Shown: positions 53,523 to 64,000 of the stretch, one piece after another
How positions within the stretch are numbered: the first letter of the stretch is position 1
How the letters are laid out: each line of letters opens with the position of its first letter
DNA from: Leptolyngbyaceae cyanobacterium
GTDB taxonomy: Bacteria > Cyanobacteriota > Cyanobacteriia > Phormidesmidales > Phormidesmidaceae
Length of the DNA: 64,000 nucleotides
Assembly: GCA_965263355.1 (NCBI GenBank)
Contig: CBDHHL010000048.1
Span: forward strand, 32,001 to 96,000
Direction of reading: 5' to 3'
The notes under the pieces: model-generated
Databases searched by the model: none
Told to the model about the DNA's origin: nothing
The model's input: only the letters and a program-made list of their open reading frames with translations
Made by a program: the position numbers and the translations under genes

Positions 53523-54530
53523 TGGGGATTTATGTTCTAGTTGATTGTTTGTGCAGACTTATCGCAAATCACTTGAATGCAAAGAATGCAAAGTTCTACT
53601 TCCCCATTGTTTAAGGGACAGCATGGCTACATTTTAGTAGGTGCTTAACTAAACACCAGAAGCTTTATGCTTGGAACATAAGCTGCAAACGCAGTTAGCT
53701 ATATTACCTGATTATTCCCATTTAGAACTGCAGAAGTCTAAAAGTAAGCGTTTGGCCATTTTTTTGCTTAGCCGTACAGGGCAAGCATGGGCAAAATGCG
53801 AATAAAATTTATTACGGTTTAGCCTTTCTGAAGAGGCATCACTCATTTATAACCCGAAGAATGTAGTACTATAATCAGATAACTATTACTTCAGCAAGGT
53901 CTTGCAGTTTTAATTTTGGGTCACCTGCGTATAGTAAGAGTGTGCTTGAAGAAGGTCGATTTTATGGCATCTGGAACTTTGGGTGCTAATTCTAGGTCAG
54001 TTGCCCTCAGTTAACAGTGTGTTGAAGATGGATTGATTTTCTGAGAAGGGGGTTAGCCTTTCTTTGCTAATAAAGGTTTGATTATTGGTAATTATTTATG
54101 CTTCCTGGTGATTGAAGAAACAAATTTGAACATGCAGTCGGCCTTGTGAAGTCAACTTAGAGACAAAATTTCTTTGACAGCATTACTTGCATTATTGCAA
54201 GAATGGCAATTGATAACTTTGGGGTTTCTTAGTATGGTCGTAATCGCTACATAAAAATAGATATGTTTTTTCTACAGATTTTTTTTACGGAAATTCGCTT
54301 CTGTTCCAGGCATTGGCATTAATTCAAGATTAATTGAGATCAGTCAGTCTTCTTAGCTGTTTCGCAGAGCCTTATTGATTTTATTTATGAATTGCCGCGT
54401 TCATACATTGCTAGTCTGAACGTTGCTTGAAGGCACCAAAACCAAAGTTTAAGCGGTCAACTGTTATTCTTTATAGATTTCATTTTTGATGTTTATGTTA
54501 CGAAGTTTGGAATAGAGGAGGTTAAGTCTT

Positions 54531-55565
54531 TTGCCTGAAGCATATCGTGTAGCGATTATGGGTGCAACAGGGGCCGTTGGCACCGAACTTCTAAAGCTTT
54601 TGGAAGAGCGTAATTTTCCTATTCAAGAGCTTTCTCTCTTTGCGTCTCCCCGTTCAGCAGGAAAGAAGTTATTGTTTCGGGGCGAGACAATTAAGGTGAA
54701 GGCTATCAGCGATGTAAATTTTACTGATATTGACCTTGTGCTGGCATCTGCAGGTAGTTCTATATCGAAAGAATGGGCACCAAAAGCCTCTGCAGCTGGT
54801 GCTGTGGTAGTTGATAACTCGAGCGCATTTCGAATGGAGTCTTCTGTTCCTTTAGTAGTGCCTGAGGTAAATCCTGAAGCCGCATTAAATCATCAAGGGA
54901 TCATTGCTAATCCCAACTGTACAACTATTTTGATGAGTGTCGCTCTATGGCCATTACACATATATCAACCAATTGAACGGATTGTAGTGTCTACTTATCA
55001 ATCTGCAAGCGGCGCTGGTGCACGGGCTATAGAAGAAGTCAAGCTGCAGGCTCAGGCAATTTTGCAGGGGCAAAAGCCATCGACTGAAGCATTTCCTTAC
55101 CCACTAGCTTTTAACTTGTTCCCACATAATTCTCCTTTGAATGAGCAGGGATATTGCCAGGAGGAAATGAAAATGGTTAATGAAACCCGCAAGATTTTTG
55201 GGGTTCCGAATCTTCGTGTCAGTGCAACCTGCGTGCGTGTACCAGTTTTACGAGCCCACTCAGAGGCTGTCAATATTGAATTCAAACAGCCCCTGGAAGC
55301 TGATAAAGCGCTGGCCTTGCTCAAGGTTGCCCCTGGTGTCAAAGTAGTCGAAGATTGGCAGGCAAACTATTTTCCAATGCCGATAGAAGCTAGCGGTCAA
55401 AATGATGTATTAGTTGGCCGAGTTCGTCGTGACTTGTCTCATGAGAACGGTTTAGAACTATGGCTCAGTGGTGATCAAATTCGCAAGGGAGCAGCCCTTA
55501 ATGCTATTCAAATTGCTGAGCTTTTAGTTAGTAAGCAAGCTTTACACTCCAAAGCTTTTGTCTAG
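54531..55565 (+). CDS. asd: Aspartate-semialdehyde dehydrogenase
   Basis: GATGAVG, ANPNCTT, SASGAG, KGAALNA; TTG start with GAGGAGG RBS. Confidence 0.96.
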   Translation: MPEAYRVAIMGATGAVGTELLKLLEERNFPIQELSLFASPRSAGKKLLFRGETIKVKAISDVNFTDIDLVLASAGSSISKEWAPKASAAGAVVVDNSSAFRMESSVPLVVPEVNPEAALNHQGIIANPNCTTILMSVALWPLHIYQPIERIVVSTYQSASGAGARAIEEVKLQAQAILQGQKPSTEAFPYPLAFNLFPHNSPLNEQGYCQEEMKMVNETRKIFGVPNLRVSATCVRVPVLRAHSEAVNIEFKQPLEADKALALLKVAPGVKVVEDWQANYFPMPIEASGQNDVLVGRVRRDLSHENGLELWLSGDQIRKGAALNAIQIAELLVSKQALHSKAFV

Positions 55566-55769
55566 CCTTAGTAGCCTCTGAGTCTTCTAAGGCTAACGAT
55601 TAAACTGTTTATAGCTGAGGGCAATTAAACCGTTAATTTGCTGCTGCAAAAATTCTTTTCATGAAAACCCCTGAAGGCCAGTGTCACAGCATGGTCCATA
55701 TTACATTTTTGAATTCAGGTGATTTTCAATTTTTTCAATATGGTTGTGATGTATTGAGGATAATAGAAC

Positions 55770-56669
55770 GTGACATATTTTGGACGAGTACTCACGGCGA
55801 TGATTACCCCATTTACTCCATCGGGGGCCGTTGATTATGAGTCTGCACGACATTTGGCATTCCATCTGGTTAGTCATGGTACTGATACCGTTGTTGTGTG
55901 TGGCACTACAGGAGAATCACCTACTCTCAGTTGGTCAGAGGAATATGAGCTGTTTCAAGTAGTCAAAGCGGCAGTTAGCGGTCATGGCAAGGTTGTCGCT
56001 GGGACCGGGTCTAACAGTACCAAGGAAGCTATCGAAGCAACTCAAAAAGCAGCAGAGTTAGGATTAGACGGTACACTACAAGTAGTGCCTTATTATAACA
56101 AGCCTCCCCAGGCTGGATTGCTAAAGCATTTTAGTGCGATCGCCACTTCTGTTCCCAGCCTCCCTTTAATGCTTTATAACGTGCCAGGACGTACAGGGCG
56201 TAACTTGGAAGCATCTACTGTAGCCAGATTGGCAGAAATTCCTAACATCATGGCTATCAAAGAAGCTAGTGGCGATTTAGATCAAGTAAGTGAAATTAGC
56301 CGTTTGACAGCACCCGGGTTTGCCATTTATTCAGGGGATGATTCTTTAACGCTACCCATGCTCTCAGTGGGCGCAGTAGGTGTGGTAAGTGTTGCTAGCC
56401 ACCTAGTAGGTAATTCGTTACAGAAAATGATTCAAGCTTATGAGGCTGGTCAGGTAGCAACAGCCAGGGACATTCATTTACAACTACTCCCCCTATGTAA
56501 AGCCCTATTTGCAACACCTAATCCAATTCTGATTAAAGCAGCATTACAACTTCAAGGATGGTCAGTAGGCACTTGCCGTTCACCGCTAAGTGAAGCCCCC
56601 ACAGAGTTCGTTGAAAAGATCCAAGCGTTAATGGCTGAGTTAAATATTTTGCCCACAGCGGTTGTATAA
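55770..56669 (+). CDS. dapA: 4-hydroxy-tetrahydrodipicolinate synthase
   Basis: GTTGES, PYYNKP, YNVPGRT, IKEAS. Confidence 0.96.
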   Translation: MTYFGRVLTAMITPFTPSGAVDYESARHLAFHLVSHGTDTVVVCGTTGESPTLSWSEEYELFQVVKAAVSGHGKVVAGTGSNSTKEAIEATQKAAELGLDGTLQVVPYYNKPPQAGLLKHFSAIATSVPSLPLMLYNVPGRTGRNLEASTVARLAEIPNIMAIKEASGDLDQVSEISRLTAPGFAIYSGDDSLTLPMLSVGAVGVVSVASHLVGNSLQKMIQAYEAGQVATARDIHLQLLPLCKALFATPNPILIKAALQLQGWSVGTCRSPLSEAPTEFVEKIQALMAELNILPTAVV

Positions 56670-56806
56670 GTTTTGAACTCATCTCGGCATTATCATAGCT
56701 CTACCCCAGGGACTAATTACCGCTTGAATCAGACTTGAGGCTCTACGGCAACCTCTTTAAACGTTTTTACAAAACCATACAATTCTTGACCTTTCATTAA
56801 GTACTT

Positions 56807-58678
56807 ATGCGCCAACGATCTAGAACAAGCCAACGATCTAGAACTGCTATAAAAGGTGGCACTCAGAATGAAAATCAGAAAGTTCGGAGCACATCTCCAA
56901 AATCTGCACCTAAAGCTATCAGCAAACTAGATAAAAGCACGCTTAAGATAATTCCTCTAGGTGGGCTTCATGAAATTGGCAAAAACACTTGTGTCTTTGA
57001 AATCAACGATGAAATTATCCTCCTAGACGCAGGCCTAGCTTTTCCATCCGATGAGATGCATGGCGTTAATATCGTCTTACCAGATGTAACTTACTTAAGA
57101 GAAAACCACCACAAAATTAAGGGAATGATTGTCACCCATGGTCATGAAGACCATATTGGTGGCATTGCCTTTCACCTTAAACAATTTGATATTCCTGTCA
57201 TCTACGGTCCTCGCCTAGCCATAGCACTACTGACTGACAAGCTTGAGGAAGCTGGTGTAGCAGAGCGTACAGAGCTACGCACAGTACTGCCTCGTGATAC
57301 CGTTAGTTTAGGGCAATCTTTTGTGGTGGAATACATACGCAACACCCACTCTATGGCCGATAGCTTTACAGTAGCCATTCGTACGTCAGCTGGTACTATT
57401 ATTCACACTGGTGATTTTAAGATTGACCATACCCCTGTAGATGGTGAGTACTTTGATCTAGCTCGCTTGGCAGCCTATGGAGAAGAAGGGGTATTGTGCT
57501 TAATTAGCGATTCTACAAATGCTGAAGTACCCGGTCATACTCCTTCTGAGCGCTCCGTTTTTCCAAACTTAGATCGAGCTTTTAGCGAGGCAGAAGGTCG
57601 TTTGATGGTAACCACCTTTGCTTCTTCAGTGCATCGAGTCAACATGCTATTAGAACTGGCACAAAAGCATAAACGCTCAGTATTTGTTGTGGGTCGCTCT
57701 ATGCTTAATGTCATTGCCCACGCTCGAAGTTTAGGCTATATCAAATGCCCAGACGATTTATTCAAACCCCTAAATACACTCAACAGCTGCCCTGATGAGA
57801 AAGCTATGATCCTGACTACAGGCTCTCAAGGTGAGCCCATGGCAGCCATGACAAGGATTGCCAATGGTTCTCATCGTCAAATTAAGATCCGGCCAGGTGA
57901 CACAGTTATTTTCTCAGCTAACCCGATCCCAGGTAACACCATTGCCGTTGTAGACACCATAGATAAATTAATGGCCCAGGGAGCCAATGTAATTTATGGC
58001 AAGCGTCGCGGGCTGCATGTATCTGGCCATGGTGCTCAAGAAGACCAAAAGCTCATGTTAGCGTTAACACGTCCGAAATATTTTCTACCTGTCCATGGAG
58101 AACATCGTATGCTGGTACAGCATGCAGCAACTGCTCAAAGCATGGGTGTCCCCGTCGAACACATGGTCGTCATCCAAAATGGTGACATTGTGACTGTTGA
58201 TGATGAACAAGGTATTCGCGTTGCCGGTAAGGTTTCATCAGGAATTGAACTGGTAGATTCGTCTCGGAATGGCATTGTTGGGCGCACAGTCCTTAAAGAA
58301 CGCCAGCAATTAGCAGAAGATGGCATCATTACCATATCTACGGTAATAGATACCAGTGGCAAATTGCTGGCCTCTCCCACAGTTCACTTGCGAGGTGTAG
58401 TCACAAAGCTATCTCAAACAGATTGGGATAAAAAAATTGACCAGGTGGTAGCAGCTGGGTTACGGAGTCGTTGGAATGAAGTCATTGATACTTCTGAGAA
58501 TCACATAATAGTGCGCTGGGATGGCTTAAGATCGCGCCTTGAAGAAGAGGTTCGCCATTTTGTGCGGCGTGAACTTCCTAAACGTTACCCGTTAATTATT
58601 TTTTTAATGCAACCCATCGACATTCAAACACCTTTGCAGTCAGCTGAATCTAGTAAAAAACGAGTTGTCACTGTTTAG
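56807..58678 (+). CDS. rnj: Ribonuclease J
   Basis: PLGGLHEIGKN, THGHEDHIG, TGSQGEP, HVSGH. Confidence 0.96.
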   Translation: MRQRSRTSQRSRTAIKGGTQNENQKVRSTSPKSAPKAISKLDKSTLKIIPLGGLHEIGKNTCVFEINDEIILLDAGLAFPSDEMHGVNIVLPDVTYLRENHHKIKGMIVTHGHEDHIGGIAFHLKQFDIPVIYGPRLAIALLTDKLEEAGVAERTELRTVLPRDTVSLGQSFVVEYIRNTHSMADSFTVAIRTSAGTIIHTGDFKIDHTPVDGEYFDLARLAAYGEEGVLCLISDSTNAEVPGHTPSERSVFPNLDRAFSEAEGRLMVTTFASSVHRVNMLLELAQKHKRSVFVVGRSMLNVIAHARSLGYIKCPDDLFKPLNTLNSCPDEKAMILTTGSQGEPMAAMTRIANGSHRQIKIRPGDTVIFSANPIPGNTIAVVDTIDKLMAQGANVIYGKRRGLHVSGHGAQEDQKLMLALTRPKYFLPVHGEHRMLVQHAATAQSMGVPVEHMVVIQNGDIVTVDDEQGIRVAGKVSSGIELVDSSRNGIVGRTVLKERQQLAEDGIITISTVIDTSGKLLASPTVHLRGVVTKLSQTDWDKKIDQVVAAGLRSRWNEVIDTSENHIIVRWDGLRSRLEEEVRHFVRRELPKRYPLIIFLMQPIDIQTPLQSAESSKKRVVTV

Positions 58679-58867
58679 GACTTCTGGGGCAATCAAGATG
58701 CTTAAGGATATAAATCATTAATATTTATTTTCCTTAAGCCCATTCAACAGAAAGCCAACAAAACCTCAGCCTCAATTATTTATCAGAAGCTCAAGTGAAG
58801 CTAGGCAAAAGAGACTGAAACGCTATAGAAACTTGCTCATAGCAAGATGCATTGCTCTAGTTGTGCC

Positions 58868-59025
58868 ATGACAAAGTATTACTCGGAATTACCATTTTAT
58901 TCTTATCAGGCTCATCCATTAAGTGTTCATTTTCCAGAACTCGCTCTGAATTCAGATGCTGGGGTGCTGGTGGTGCGCCAGCGGAGAAAATTCTTGGCAT
59001 TTGTTATGGGCTAGCTGAGTGTTGA
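58868..59025 (+). pseudogene. IS1380-family transposase N-terminal relic (frameshifted, truncated)
   Basis: MTKYYSELPFYSYQAHPLSVHFPELALNSDAGVLVVRQ, then a frameshift to AEKILGICYGLAEC*; resembles the SSDAG-LL-RQ-E--L start of IS1380/DDE_Tnp_1_4 transposases. Confidence 0.7.
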
Positions 59026-59507
59026 GTATATTAGTGCAAGCTAAATTAGTCTTTGAAAGATATATGATCTGAAAAGTTTGAAAGAAAATTCTTAAATCCC
59101 TAGCCATATGAACAGGCGCAAGCTATAATCCATTGCAACTAGAGCTGCCGCAGGATAACTGCAGGGTTTATTAGCTGCAGTTCACCAATACTGAGTACTG
59201 ACTAGTCCCGCTTCTGTCAGAGCACTTGCGATTGCAACGTACTAGCGACGCTTACAGTCTGTCTGAGGCCCAGTACTCTAATCGGATTTATCTAAACGTC
59301 ACTTCTAACTGCTAAGCAGTGAAGTTTCTTTTTCCTGCGTTTTTTAGCCTGCCTATATATGGCCTTAACAGAGACCTGGCGACCTTAATCAAGGTGTCAA
59401 AGGTCTGGGTTTGAGTAGCTTTTTAGATTTGAAGGATTATCGTTGAGCTTACGTATGTCGGTTCCGGTGACTATGGGGCTGACTACATAGGTTTTTGAGG
59501 AAATTGG

Positions 59508-61556
59508 ATGCCTAAGCAGATCATTATTGCGGAGCAGCATCGAACTGCTGCCGTTTTTTCAGAAGACCAAATTCAAGAATTGATTGTGGCTACCGGTAGC
59601 CACCAGGTTGGAGACATTTACGTAGGTACCGTTGAAAACGTCCTTTCAGGAATTGATGCAGCTTTCGTCAATATTGGTGATAGTGAGCGGAATGGTTTTA
59701 TGCATGTGTCCGATTTAGGGCCACTAAAGCTAAAGCGAGCTCCTGGCCCTATTACTGAACTAGTTGCACCTAAACAAAAAGTTTTGGTGCAAATCATGAA
59801 GGAACCTACGGGTAATAAAGGTCCCAGATTAACTGGTAAAGTAACTTTGCCTGGCCGTTATTTAGTACTGATGCCCTATGGACGAGGTGTTAATCTATCT
59901 CGACGTATTCGCAATGAGGCTGAACGCCATCGACTACGCGCTTTAGGAATTTTAACTAAGCCACCAGGTATGGGTTTGTTGGTCAGAACCGAGGCTGAAA
60001 ATGTATCTGAAGAAGCCATCATTGAGGATTTAGAGGCGTTGCAAAAACGCTGGGAAATGATTCAACAAGAAGCCATGGCAACTAGACCACCAGCCTTGTT
60101 GAATCGTGATGATGACTTTATTCAACGGGTACTGCGAGATGTCTACAATGCTGATGTTAATCGTATTGTGACTGACTCAGACATTGGCATGCAGCGTGTT
60201 AAGCAGCACCTATCAAGTTGGAGCAATGGACGTTTGCCAGCTGGAGTACTTGTGGATCATCATCGAACTACTACGTCTCCGCCGATCTTAGAATACTTTC
60301 GCGTCAATGCGGCGATTCGTGAAGCACTGAAACCACGAGTCGATCTACCCTCAGGTGGCTATATCATTATTGAGCCTACCGAAGCTCTGACGGTAGTAGA
60401 TGTCAACTCAGGTTCATTTACCCGGTCAGCAACAGCACGGGAGACCGTACTCTGGACTAATTGTGAAGCAGCTGTGGAAATTGCACGCCAGCTCCGTTTA
60501 CGGAATATTGCTGGGGTAATTGTTGTCGATTTTATCGATATGGAATCTCGGCGTGACCAGATGCAGGTTTTGGAGCATTTTAGTAAGGCATTACAAGCTG
60601 ACAAGGCACGTCCTCAAATTTCTCAACTTTCTGAGTTAGGTCTGGTGGAACTCACTCGTAAGCGGCAAGGTCAAAATATATACGAGTTATTTGGCTGTCC
60701 TTGTAATGCTTGTGGTGGATTAGGACATCTTGCTCAGTTACCGGGTGAAGCACCCGTAGAAGTTCAGCAATCGGCAGTGGCTAGCCGTGTTGTACCCATA
60801 CCTAGTGTACGGATAACGCGCCAAGAAAGCCCAGATGGTTTGGAGCCTGACCAAAATCTGAAATCTCTTGATCTGATTAATCATCCTGACTACCAGGATA
60901 AAGGCAATGGTCGCAATCGTCGGCGTCGGCGTCGGGGTAGTGATGCTCCAAGTACTCGTGGTCGAGCGGCGGCAGCTCCACCTAAGTTGGCAAACAATAG
61001 CAATAATGTCGGCTCTATTATGGGCACTTCACCTATCTTGGCCCCTAACGGAGAAAACTCACGTGATGACATACAGACAGAGGCAATATCTGCTCGTGGC
61101 AAACGCTCTCGTAGTAGTCGTAGCCGTAAACCAGAAACACCTCCTCAGGTGGTAACTGTGGCACTAACACCAGATGAACAACGTATTTATGCCGAGATGG
61201 GCGTTTCTCCTCTAGTACTTAGTCAAGAGGCCATTAAAGATACGAAGAATGTGGTAGTTTCTGTCATTTTACCTGGTGCAGTACCGCCAAGTATAGATGG
61301 CAATACAGATGAAACGGCTGAACAGCCAACGTTTGATAGTAGTCTAGCCTTAGATTTAAGTAATCATGAAGAACACTCTGAGATAGCTGCTCCTGAAATA
61401 ACGATTGCCACAGCTAATCAGGCCGATAAATCTGATGTTGCTTTAATTGGTGTTGACATCACCCAACAGAAATCATCGGAACCATTAGAATCGTCGGAAG
61501 AAGCTCCTCCGACTCGTCGCCGTCGTCGCCGCCGCTCATCTGCAACAGCGGGTTAA
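59508..61556 (+). CDS. rne: Ribonuclease E
   Basis: S1 domain, DVNSG, DFIDM, CxxC, C-terminal RRRRRRSSA. Confidence 0.96.
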   Translation: MPKQIIIAEQHRTAAVFSEDQIQELIVATGSHQVGDIYVGTVENVLSGIDAAFVNIGDSERNGFMHVSDLGPLKLKRAPGPITELVAPKQKVLVQIMKEPTGNKGPRLTGKVTLPGRYLVLMPYGRGVNLSRRIRNEAERHRLRALGILTKPPGMGLLVRTEAENVSEEAIIEDLEALQKRWEMIQQEAMATRPPALLNRDDDFIQRVLRDVYNADVNRIVTDSDIGMQRVKQHLSSWSNGRLPAGVLVDHHRTTTSPPILEYFRVNAAIREALKPRVDLPSGGYIIIEPTEALTVVDVNSGSFTRSATARETVLWTNCEAAVEIARQLRLRNIAGVIVVDFIDMESRRDQMQVLEHFSKALQADKARPQISQLSELGLVELTRKRQGQNIYELFGCPCNACGGLGHLAQLPGEAPVEVQQSAVASRVVPIPSVRITRQESPDGLEPDQNLKSLDLINHPDYQDKGNGRNRRRRRRGSDAPSTRGRAAAAPPKLANNSNNVGSIMGTSPILAPNGENSRDDIQTEAISARGKRSRSSRSRKPETPPQVVTVALTPDEQRIYAEMGVSPLVLSQEAIKDTKNVVVSVILPGAVPPSIDGNTDETAEQPTFDSSLALDLSNHEEHSEIAAPEITIATANQADKSDVALIGVDITQQKSSEPLESSEEAPPTRRRRRRRSSATAG

Positions 61557-61560
61557 GTAA

Positions 61561-62142
61561 ATGACAGTTGCTGGAGTCGATGAAGTTGGGCGTGGTGCTT
61601 TATTTGGACCTGTAGTTGCTGCAGCAGTAATATTAAAGCCTAATTTAGAGTTATGGTTGCAATCTCAAGGGGTCACAGACAGTAAAGCCCTTACCCCTGA
61701 AAAACGTGAAAGTTTAGTATCCATTATTCAATCAGCATCTGTTGATACCCAAATAAGCTGGGTATCAGTTCATCAGATTGATCGGATAAATATATTGCAA
61801 GCCTCATTACAGGCAATGCGACAAGCAATTAGTCGTTTATCACCCCAACCGACTAAATGTTTAGTGGATGGCAACCAAACCATTCCTAGGCTAAATATCA
61901 AACAACAGACAGTAATTAAAGGAGATTGCTCAGTTGTTGAGATCGCAGCCGCTAGTATACTAGCCAAAGTATGGCGAGACACACTTATGATTCGGGTAGA
62001 AAAACGCTATCCAGGCTATGACCTTGCGTCTAATAAAGGTTATGGTAGCCCTAAACATCTAACAGGGCTAAGAACATTAGGTCCAACACGCTACCATCGA
62101 CGCTCCTTCAAGAGCTGTCAGAAACAGTCTTTATTAAAGTGA
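61561..62142 (+). CDS. rnhB: Ribonuclease HII
   Basis: GVDEVGRG, DSK, VDG, AASILAKV.RD. Confidence 0.96.
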   Translation: MTVAGVDEVGRGALFGPVVAAAVILKPNLELWLQSQGVTDSKALTPEKRESLVSIIQSASVDTQISWVSVHQIDRINILQASLQAMRQAISRLSPQPTKCLVDGNQTIPRLNIKQQTVIKGDCSVVEIAAASILAKVWRDTLMIRVEKRYPGYDLASNKGYGSPKHLTGLRTLGPTRYHRRSFKSCQKQSLLK

Positions 62143-62174
62143 TTTCAATTGATTGATTACAGAACCCATCGTAA

Positions 62175-62717
62175 CTATCGCAGTTGAGACGAGGCTAAAA
62201 CACCTGTAGTCCATCCACGATATTCATGGACCAGTCGGCGCTGTAAGCGCTGCTTAATAGTATTCAAAATACCATTTGCAATAGCATTCCCCGTTGACTC
62301 TAGTAATGGCTTAGGTGTGAGCCTAAATGCGGTTGGTAAATCAATATGAATATCTAGCTCAGCATTACCAAACACTCCAGAATTATCTGCTCGAGCCGCC
62401 AACCACCCCTGAAGCTTAAATGAGAAGCGTCGATTAAGTAACGCTTGATGCCGTAATCTGCAAGAATCCGAATAAATGATGATCTCACCACTATCATTAG
62501 GATATATCTGCACATCAGCTACCGGCTCCAGCGTCAACATCAAAAATTTAATCGGACGCATACTAAACTGGAATGTATGACGTCCCATAACCCTTATCTG
62601 ACTGGGCTCCGCAAGAGAATATACCAAACGTTCAGTATTACTCAAATACTGATAAATAGGCACAGGTGCGGGCGATATGGCAATTTCTACAGACTGCGAC
62701 GCATTTAAATGAACCAT
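62175..62717 (-). CDS. DUF1997 family protein
   Basis: LLESTGN..I..IKQRL motif; rnhB-pheA context. Confidence 0.8.
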   Translation of the reverse strand: MVHLNASQSVEIAISPAPVPIYQYLSNTERLVYSLAEPSQIRVMGRHTFQFSMRPIKFLMLTLEPVADVQIYPNDSGEIIIYSDSCRLRHQALLNRRFSFKLQGWLAARADNSGVFGNAELDIHIDLPTAFRLTPKPLLESTGNAIANGILNTIKQRLQRRLVHEYRGWTTGVLASSQLR

Positions 62718-62899
62718 TCAGCCAATTTCACCTCAGCACCATACATAAAATGCCCACGACATAAACAGCTTTTCAAAATCCATCCTTTTGGACAGCATAT
62801 CCTTAAGAAATAGTCAGTCTAAAAGGCATTACGCTAACTTTAACACCTTTGTTTCTGTGCTCCCTAAAGATTTCTTCATACATTATTTTTTATCTCCAA

Positions 62900-63742
62900 A
62901 TGATACGTATAGCCTACTTAGGACCAACTGGAAGCTACTCTGAATTAGCTGCCACTAAATATGCCCATTGGCTAAAGAAGCAACATAATGAATTATCTAC
63001 ACTGAAATCTTACAATACGATTTCCAAAGCAATTCAAGCAGTCGCTATAGGTGAAACTGGTAAGGCTATTGTTCCGATTGAAAACTCTATAGGTGGAAGT
63101 GTACGTGACACCCTAGACATGTTGTGGGAACTAGACAACTTAAAAATCCAAAATAACCTGGTAATCCCAATTCATCATGCACTCTTATCTAAGGCAACTA
63201 GCCTAAGTAATATACAGAAAGTTTATTCTCATCCTCAAGCTCTCACCCAATGCCAAAAATGGCTAACAGCCAATCTGCCTAATGCAACTCAAATAGCAAC
63301 CAGCTCTACAACCGAAGCCCTACCTCAATTATCCAAAGATAAGACATTGGCATCAATCTCCCCGCTATGGGCAGCTAAACTTTACAACCTTCCTGCATTG
63401 GCAGCTCCTATCAATGACACCCCTGACAATGCAACACGTTTTTGGGTTCTAGGCCAAACCTTACTTCACCATGGCAGTCATACTTCCCTCGCATTTAGAC
63501 TGCCAGATAATGCACCAGGTGCCTTACTAAAACCGCTACAACTATTTGCGACCCAAGGCATTAATATGAGCCGCATCGAATCACGCCCAACTAAACTAGC
63601 TTTGGGAGACTATCGATTTTTTATTGATATTGAAGCAAGTTTGGACGACCCTAATACTCAAGCCACTTTGCAATTACTCAAGAATTGCACCAAAACCTTA
63701 AAAATCTTTGGCAGTTATGAACAAGTTCAAGACTACCTCTAA
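62900..63742 (+). CDS. pheA: Prephenate dehydratase
   Basis: AYLGP.GSYS, PIENS, SHPQAL.QC, NATRF, IESRP; start MIRIAY. Confidence 0.95.
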   Translation: MIRIAYLGPTGSYSELAATKYAHWLKKQHNELSTLKSYNTISKAIQAVAIGETGKAIVPIENSIGGSVRDTLDMLWELDNLKIQNNLVIPIHHALLSKATSLSNIQKVYSHPQALTQCQKWLTANLPNATQIATSSTTEALPQLSKDKTLASISPLWAAKLYNLPALAAPINDTPDNATRFWVLGQTLLHHGSHTSLAFRLPDNAPGALLKPLQLFATQGINMSRIESRPTKLALGDYRFFIDIEASLDDPNTQATLQLLKNCTKTLKIFGSYEQVQDYL

Positions 63743-63875
63743 TACAGCGTCAAATTTAAGAATTCGGCTAATGCTTGCTGAAAAGCTTGAATCTAAAGAT
63801 TTTCCAGAAAGTGCATATCTGAAAATTCAGTCTTGACGAATCACTAGTAAGATTACACAATTCAAAAATGCGCAA

Positions 63876-64000
63876 CTACTGCGATTCCCCATCTTCAGGT
63901 AATACGTCTTTCAAAGCTGTACGAGCTGCCAAGTGATTTCGGGTAGACGTTAAGATATCCGCCTCACGTTCTAAACGCTGGGCTGTATCTTGCATCTCTA
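63876..64000 (-). CDS. LON peptidase substrate-binding domain protein, C-terminal part
   Basis: Manual translation ...EMQDTAQRLEREADILTSTRNHLAARTALKDVLPEDGESQ*. Confidence 0.7.
   Translation of the reverse strand, partial: EMQDTAQRLEREADILTSTRNHLAARTALKDVLPEDGESQ

Noticed and set aside
53523..54530. Hidden gene or lysine riboswitch in the 1-kb tig-asd spacer
   Set aside because: No ORF of 60 aa or more and no recognisable aptamer; probably divergent promoters, though a decayed gene cannot be excluded.
961..61982. Short overlapping or antisense ORFs in the track (e.g. 961-1185, 5976-6260, 15737-16090, 28147-28485, 60890-61102)
   Set aside because: They are shadows of well-supported genes and carry no recognisable motifs.
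1..64000. CRISPR array, prophage, defence island or intact transposase
   Set aside because: No regularly spaced repeats and no cas, phage, RT or full-length transposase ORFs; nearly all long ORFs are recognisable core genes.

Overview
This is core chromosome of a cyanobacterium, probably filamentous and Leptolyngbya/Leptothoe-like (inferred from psbZ, sigF, GuaB3, Yfr1 and HIP1 GCGATCGC octamers). About 50 mostly housekeeping genes are present: uxs-ugd, thyX, sigA, lexA, msrA, pheS/surE, psbZ-ribH-tRNA-Gly, an ABC1 kinase/PP2C/USP cluster facing two tandem Ser/Thr kinases, anmK, guaB-Yfr1-trxA, amiC, the prfB-ybeY-dgkA-trpG-pepP run, smpB, sigF, tig-clpP-clpX, asd-dapA-rnj, rne-rnhB and pheA. 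I saw no CRISPR array, prophage, defence island or intact transposase, and I cannot support a wholly new multi-gene system. The most unusual signal is a CBS-domain tRNA nucleotidyltransferase that has lost its DHH region; its ancestral N-terminus survives as an out-of-frame 18-codon leader whose stop overlaps an in-frame TTG. Other points of interest are two LexA boxes at lexA plus a near-perfect one before uxs-ugd, an IS1380-like transposase relic at the rnj/rne junction, and several decayed MITE-like elements. All family assignments are by eye, without database searches.
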